A stretch of 64,000 nucleotides of DNA, taken from NCBI RefSeq assembly GCF_000428945.1, contig NZ_AUAX01000035.1, positions 15,368-79,367 on the forward strand, given 5' to 3'. The stretch comes from Hamadaea tsunoensis DSM 44101 (GTDB lineage Bacteria; Actinomycetota; Actinomycetes; Mycobacteriales; Micromonosporaceae). The translations under genes were made by a program, and so were the position numbers. The notes beneath the pieces are model-generated. The model did not search any database. It saw only the letters and a list, made by a program, of their open reading frames with translations, and had not been told where the DNA came from. This document shows, piece by piece, positions 59,910 to 64,000 of the stretch (its first letter is position 1; each line of letters starts with the position of its first letter).

Positions 59910-61949
59910 CTAGCTGAGGGTCCGGCAGAGCTGGCCGTTGAGGGTGAACCTCGGCGGCAGCACGTTCGGGCCGGAGTAGCCGGCGACGAAACCGATGTTG
60001 GTGGCGGCGCCGGGGGCGAGCGCGCCGTTGTAGTCCACGTTGGACACGGTCACGGTACGCCCGCTCGCGCTCCAGTTGCCGCTCCAGCCGCCGTTGAACG
60101 ACTGCCAGGCGGTCGGCCAGGTGAACGAGAGGTTCCAGCTCGCGATCGGCGACGTCCCCGTGTTGGTGATGTCGACACTCGCGACGTAGCCGTTGCCCCA
60201 GTCGTTGACGTCGGCGAACTTCACCGCACAGGGCGCGGCGGCCGGCGTACCCGTCTGGAAGTTCAGCGGTGCCGAGGACCAGGACACCTGCCCGGCGTTG
60301 TTCCGGTTGACCACGTTCAGGGTGTAACGCGTACCCGGGACGAGGTTGTGCACGGTGAACGACGTGCCGGTGGTCTCGCCCCACTGCTCGCTGGTGGTGC
60401 CGTTCTGGCGGTAGATCTCGTACTTCGTGCCGCCGGTGGCCGCGGGCCAGGTGATGGTCGCGGCGGTGTCGGTCACGTTGCTCGCGACCGGCTGGCCGGG
60501 CGCGTTCGGCGGCCCGACGGGGAGCGCGGCCGGGTGCACGATGACCGTGGTCAGCGAGTACTTCGGCAGCGTCTGGGTGATCGCGGTGCCGGTGCTCGAC
60601 GTCGTCGCCGACGCGGCGCCGTTGGTGTACGTCAGGACGGTCGGCGCCCCGGCGGCCGGCGTGAAGCCGTCGTAGTGCAGGGTGACCGTCCGGTCGTTGT
60701 CCGGATCCCGGTTGAGCAGCAGGAACGCGAGGTCCCCATTGGCCTTCCGGGCCGCGTGTACGCCGATCAGCGGATCGCTCGACGAGGCGCGCACGAGCTG
60801 GTCACCGGGCGCGGCCGCCTTGCTGAGCAGCTGCAGCGCGTAGTACGGGGCGAACGGTGTGTTCACCGCCGGCTCGCACACGTTGTCGGCGGTGCACGTG
60901 CCGCTGGACAGGATGCCGAAGTCCTCGAAGTCCTGCTGGCCGGCGATCGTCCGGGCGGTCGTCGGTCCGTTGTGGACGTCCCAGAAGTCCACCGTGAACA
61001 CGCCGTTCTCCAGCAGCTGCGCGTACGCGTCCGCGGCGAAGAGCGCACCCGGCTGCGTGTTCTGGCCCCAGCCGGTGTTCATCTCGGTGATGGCGATGCC
61101 GAGCGGCTTGCCGGCGTACTGGTTGATCTGCTGGCGGGCCAGCCACGAGATGTCGGTGATCTGGTCGGTCTTGCTCAGGGCCTCGGTCGCCGAGCTGCCG
61201 CCGGGATACCAGTGCAGGATCGCGAAGTCGACGTGCGGCCCGGCGATCGAGAGCACGACCTGGTTCCACGTTCCGGCGTCGCCGCCGGCCACCAGCCCGT
61301 CCGGCCAGTTGCCCGGAGTCGTCAGCACGACGCCGATCTTGACCGTCGGGTCGACCGCCTTCATCGCGTCCGCGTACGCGACCACTTCGTTCGCGTACCC
61401 GGCCGGGCTCTTGTCGGCGTGGTCGTCCGCCTCCCAGTTCGAGCCGTAGTGGCCGTTGCCGTAGTTCTCGTTGCCGATCTCCCAGTACTTCACGCCGTAG
61501 TTCTTGGTGACGTTCGCGTACCGGACCCAGCCGGCGGCCTCCTGCGCGGAGCCGGTGCCGTAGTTGGCGATGACGATCGCCTGGGCCCCGGCCCGGTTGA
61601 CGCCGCTCATGAAGTGGTCGAAATCGGTGTTGGGGGCGACGTAGCCGCCGGGCGCGGTGTTGTCGGCCCAGTGGTAGATGTCCGAATAGGACCCGCCAGG
61701 GTAGCGCATCATCCTGACGCCGGCGTTGTGCAGCGTGTCGGCAACTTCATTGGTGCCGAGATAGGAGTCCCACACGGCGTGGTTCACGCCCACGGCGGTG
61801 CTCGGGACGGTCGCGAGCGCGGCCCGGGTGTTGACGGTGACGTCCGTGGAGGTGGCGTCCGCCGAGGCCGGCTGCGCGGTGGTGAAGAGTGGTGCGGTGA
61901 GGAGCGTGGCCGTGACGGCGAAGGTCACGGCGATTCTGCTTGATCGCAT
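59910..61949 (-). CDS. Secreted multi-domain glycoside hydrolase (clan GH-A TIM-barrel, GH30/39/51-like) with FN3 and C-terminal CBM2
   Basis: Signal peptide; RYPGGSYSDIYHW and EIGNE catalytic-region motifs; FN3 (ITWPAATGGTKYEIY); CBM2 (CAVKF...WNLSFTW...GYSGPN...C). Confidence 0.75.
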   Translation of the reverse strand: MRSSRIAVTFAVTATLLTAPLFTTAQPASADATSTDVTVNTRAALATVPSTAVGVNHAVWDSYLGTNEVADTLHNAGVRMMRYPGGSYSDIYHWADNTAPGGYVAPNTDFDHFMSGVNRAGAQAIVIANYGTGSAQEAAGWVRYANVTKNYGVKYWEIGNENYGNGHYGSNWEADDHADKSPAGYANEVVAYADAMKAVDPTVKIGVVLTTPGNWPDGLVAGGDAGTWNQVVLSIAGPHVDFAILHWYPGGSSATEALSKTDQITDISWLARQQINQYAGKPLGIAITEMNTGWGQNTQPGALFAADAYAQLLENGVFTVDFWDVHNGPTTARTIAGQQDFEDFGILSSGTCTADNVCEPAVNTPFAPYYALQLLSKAAAPGDQLVRASSSDPLIGVHAARKANGDLAFLLLNRDPDNDRTVTLHYDGFTPAAGAPTVLTYTNGAASATTSSTGTAITQTLPKYSLTTVIVHPAALPVGPPNAPGQPVASNVTDTAATITWPAATGGTKYEIYRQNGTTSEQWGETTGTSFTVHNLVPGTRYTLNVVNRNNAGQVSWSSAPLNFQTGTPAAAPCAVKFADVNDWGNGYVASVDITNTGTSPIASWNLSFTWPTAWQSFNGGWSGNWSASGRTVTVSNVDYNGALAPGAATNIGFVAGYSGPNVLPPRFTLNGQLCRTLS

Positions 61950-62101
61950 CGTCGGGCGTTCCTTATCGGGATCGATGGATGGAAGCGCTCCCAAGGCTCG
62001 CCGTGTTTCCGTTCCGTGTCAAGAGCGCCTCGTCGACAAGCGTCCACGCGATCGCGTATCGCTGGGTAGCATGGGCGTCCACTGTCGTGAAAGGACTGTC
62101 C

Positions 62102-63637
62102 ATGACCCCGCCCGCACTGTCCCGACGTGCTCTCCTCTACGGATCCCCGATGGTCGCCGGAGCCGCCCTGACCGCCGGGGTCACCGGTGGCACCCCCGCC
62201 GCGGCAGCCGTGGCCGCGACGACGGCGGCCTCCCCGAAGGACGCCCCCTACAACGCCGTGGGGGACGGCGTCGCCGACGACACCGCGGCGATCAACCAGT
62301 GCATCGCGGACAACCGGGTCGTCGACTTCGGCGGCCCGCAGAACGTCTACCGCATCACGGACACCGTCTACGTCAACCAGTCCGCGCCGCGGCACCTGAT
62401 CGCCGACGGCGCCACCCTCCTGGCCGGTGGCCCCGTCACGATGATGCGCTTCCTGAACGCCGCCCATCGCGTACGCGGCCTGACGTTCGACGGCGGTGCG
62501 GGCCGGTCCGGCGTGGGCCTGATCGTCGAGTCGAGCAGCCCCCGGTCGCGGGTCGAGAGCTGCACGTTCGCGAACACGGGCTGGTCCGGCGTCATCATGA
62601 ACGCCGCCTACGGCCGGGTGGCCGGATGCTCGTTCGACGGCTGCGGCCATCGCGCGCCGAATCCCGGTGACGGCAACCAGCGGGTCACCCTGCGAGTGGA
62701 GGACGCCGACAACTGCGCCGTCGTGGACAACGTCATCACGGCATGCGACTGGGGCATCCTCTTCCGGGGATCCACGGCCACGCCGGGCATCAGCGGCTTC
62801 GACTGCCGCGGCAACACCGTCGTGCACGCCAGTCCCGCGATCGCCACGTCGCAGGGCGTCTCCAGCCGATTCGGCCGCCGGGGCCGGATCGAGGGCAACT
62901 CGATCGCGGGTTTCGACGACAACAGCATCGACTGCAACGGCTGCAACAACATGATCATCGCTGGGAACAGCACGAGCGGCGGCAAGGACGGCGTCTTCCT
63001 CGGCGACGAGAACACCAGCAGCGTGACCGTCTCCGGCAACGTGTTCACGGGGCCGCAGCGCGGCGTACGCATCCAGACGAGCTTCGACCCGGCGCTGAAC
63101 AACCGGCTCGTGGCGAGCGTGACCGTGGTCGGCAACGTCGTCTCGGCGCCGACCGACGGCGGGATCCTGGTGTTCCGCGCGCAGGGCGACGATCCGGGAA
63201 CGCCCGCGGTCGAGGCCGCCGCGACGCAGATCAGCGGCATCACGATCAGCGGCAACAGCGTGCACGGGCCGGCGATCGGCAACTACGGGATCAAGCTCGT
63301 CGGTGCCGACTCGTCGAAGGTGATCGGCAACCAGATCTACCGCATCGGCGGTCCCGGTGTGGCGCTGGAGAAGACGGATCTCGTCGAGGTCGCCGGGAAC
63401 ATCATCCAGGACGCCGGGCATACGCGGCCGGCGAACAGCGTCGACGCGATCAGCGTCCTCAACGCCAACCGTGCCTTCGTCCGGGACAACACGGCCTACG
63501 GCACCGCCCGGTACGCCGTCGCCGTCACGGGAGGCGTCGGCATGACGGTCACCGGCAACCGCTGGCGTTCCCTGGCCACCGGTGGAGTGAACAACGGCGC
63601 GACCGGTACGACGCTCGCCGACAACCTAGGGCTGTGA
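62102..63637 (+). CDS. Tat-secreted right-handed parallel beta-helix protein (pectate-lyase-fold superfamily; polysaccharide-active)
   Basis: Twin-arginine signal SRRALLYGSPMVAGAALTAG; repeated beta-helix coils (GNxIxG, NNxI); SD AAAGGA. Confidence 0.7.
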   Translation: MTPPALSRRALLYGSPMVAGAALTAGVTGGTPAAAAVAATTAASPKDAPYNAVGDGVADDTAAINQCIADNRVVDFGGPQNVYRITDTVYVNQSAPRHLIADGATLLAGGPVTMMRFLNAAHRVRGLTFDGGAGRSGVGLIVESSSPRSRVESCTFANTGWSGVIMNAAYGRVAGCSFDGCGHRAPNPGDGNQRVTLRVEDADNCAVVDNVITACDWGILFRGSTATPGISGFDCRGNTVVHASPAIATSQGVSSRFGRRGRIEGNSIAGFDDNSIDCNGCNNMIIAGNSTSGGKDGVFLGDENTSSVTVSGNVFTGPQRGVRIQTSFDPALNNRLVASVTVVGNVVSAPTDGGILVFRAQGDDPGTPAVEAAATQISGITISGNSVHGPAIGNYGIKLVGADSSKVIGNQIYRIGGPGVALEKTDLVEVAGNIIQDAGHTRPANSVDAISVLNANRAFVRDNTAYGTARYAVAVTGGVGMTVTGNRWRSLATGGVNNGATGTTLADNLGL

Positions 63638-63679
63638 TGCTCGGCGGGGTCGGGACCCAGCCCGGCCCGCCGGTCGCGG

Positions 63680-64000
63680 TCATTCGACGCAGAACTCGTT
63701 GCCCTCAGGGTCGGCCAAGACGGTGAGCTCCTGGCCGACCTTGACGACCGAGGCACCGAGATCGACGAGCCGCGCGACCTCGTCGGAGATCGAGCCGGGC
63801 GCGCGTAGATCCAGATGCAGCCGGTTCTTCGCGGTCTTCGGCTCCGGTACGCGGTTGAACCACATGTTCGGGCCGCCCCAACCGGCCGCCTCGACGAACG
63901 CCTTGTCCGAGGTGGACTCCTCGTCCAGGTCGGTACCCAGCGCGGCCGCCCAGAAGTTGGCGACCACGAGCGCGTCCTCGCAGTCGAACGTGACGTTCTT
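63680..64000 (-). CDS. VOC/glyoxalase-family protein; 5' part lies beyond the window end
   Basis: ...TFDCEDALVVANFWAAALG...LHLDL... is the VOC fold typical of Streptomyces glyoxalase-like proteins; the frame is open to the window end. Confidence 0.55.
   Translation of the reverse strand, partial: KNVTFDCEDALVVANFWAAALGTDLDEESTSDKAFVEAAGWGGPNMWFNRVPEPKTAKNRLHLDLRAPGSISDEVARLVDLGASVVKVGQELTVLADPEGNEFCVE

Overview
This is a 64-kb window of high-GC (~72%) actinobacterial chromosome, tightly packed with about 55 protein-coding genes on both strands. No rRNA, tRNA or CRISPR array was recognised by eye. From 5' to 3' it contains: the 3' end of a GH3 glycosidase; a minus-strand partner-switching/two-component module (REC-PP2C phosphatase, CHASE3 histidine kinase, REC-only regulator, divergent STAS antagonist); msrB; a DNA-repair-rich stretch (stand-alone NHEJ polymerase domain, LigC-like ATP-dependent ligase, AlkA-like glycosylase, and an archaeal-order herA-sbcD(mre11)-sbcC(rad50)-nurA operon); an ECF sigma/anti-sigma pair; a Kch-type K+ channel; a cebEFG-bglC-cebR cellobiose locus with two CebR boxes; two ACT-domain paralogs; two SPFH proteins with a TMEM175-like DUF1211 gene and a NAD-kinase-like gene; a bacterial nitric oxide synthase downstream of a YhhN/fatty-acid-hydroxylase pair; the bioB(-bsaP-like)/bioF-bioD biotin genes; an aspT-asdA-aspT aspartate-decarboxylation operon whose decarboxylase has a long Lys/Ala-rich tail; a P450 divergent from a translationally coupled acyl-CoA dehydrogenase/ADP-forming acyl-CoA synthetase/ThDP-enzyme/amino-acid-dehydrogenase cassette; and several secreted polysaccharide-active enzymes (GH18 chitinase, GH+CBM2, beta-helix protein). 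The most unusual sequence-level signals are two copies of an ~815-bp non-coding element with ~50-130-bp terminal inverted repeats (MITE-like), each fused to the TAA stop of a minus-strand gene, and a family of ~90-bp palindromic repeats at 3' gene ends. Line-derived coordinates of non-ORF features may be off by 1-2 nt.
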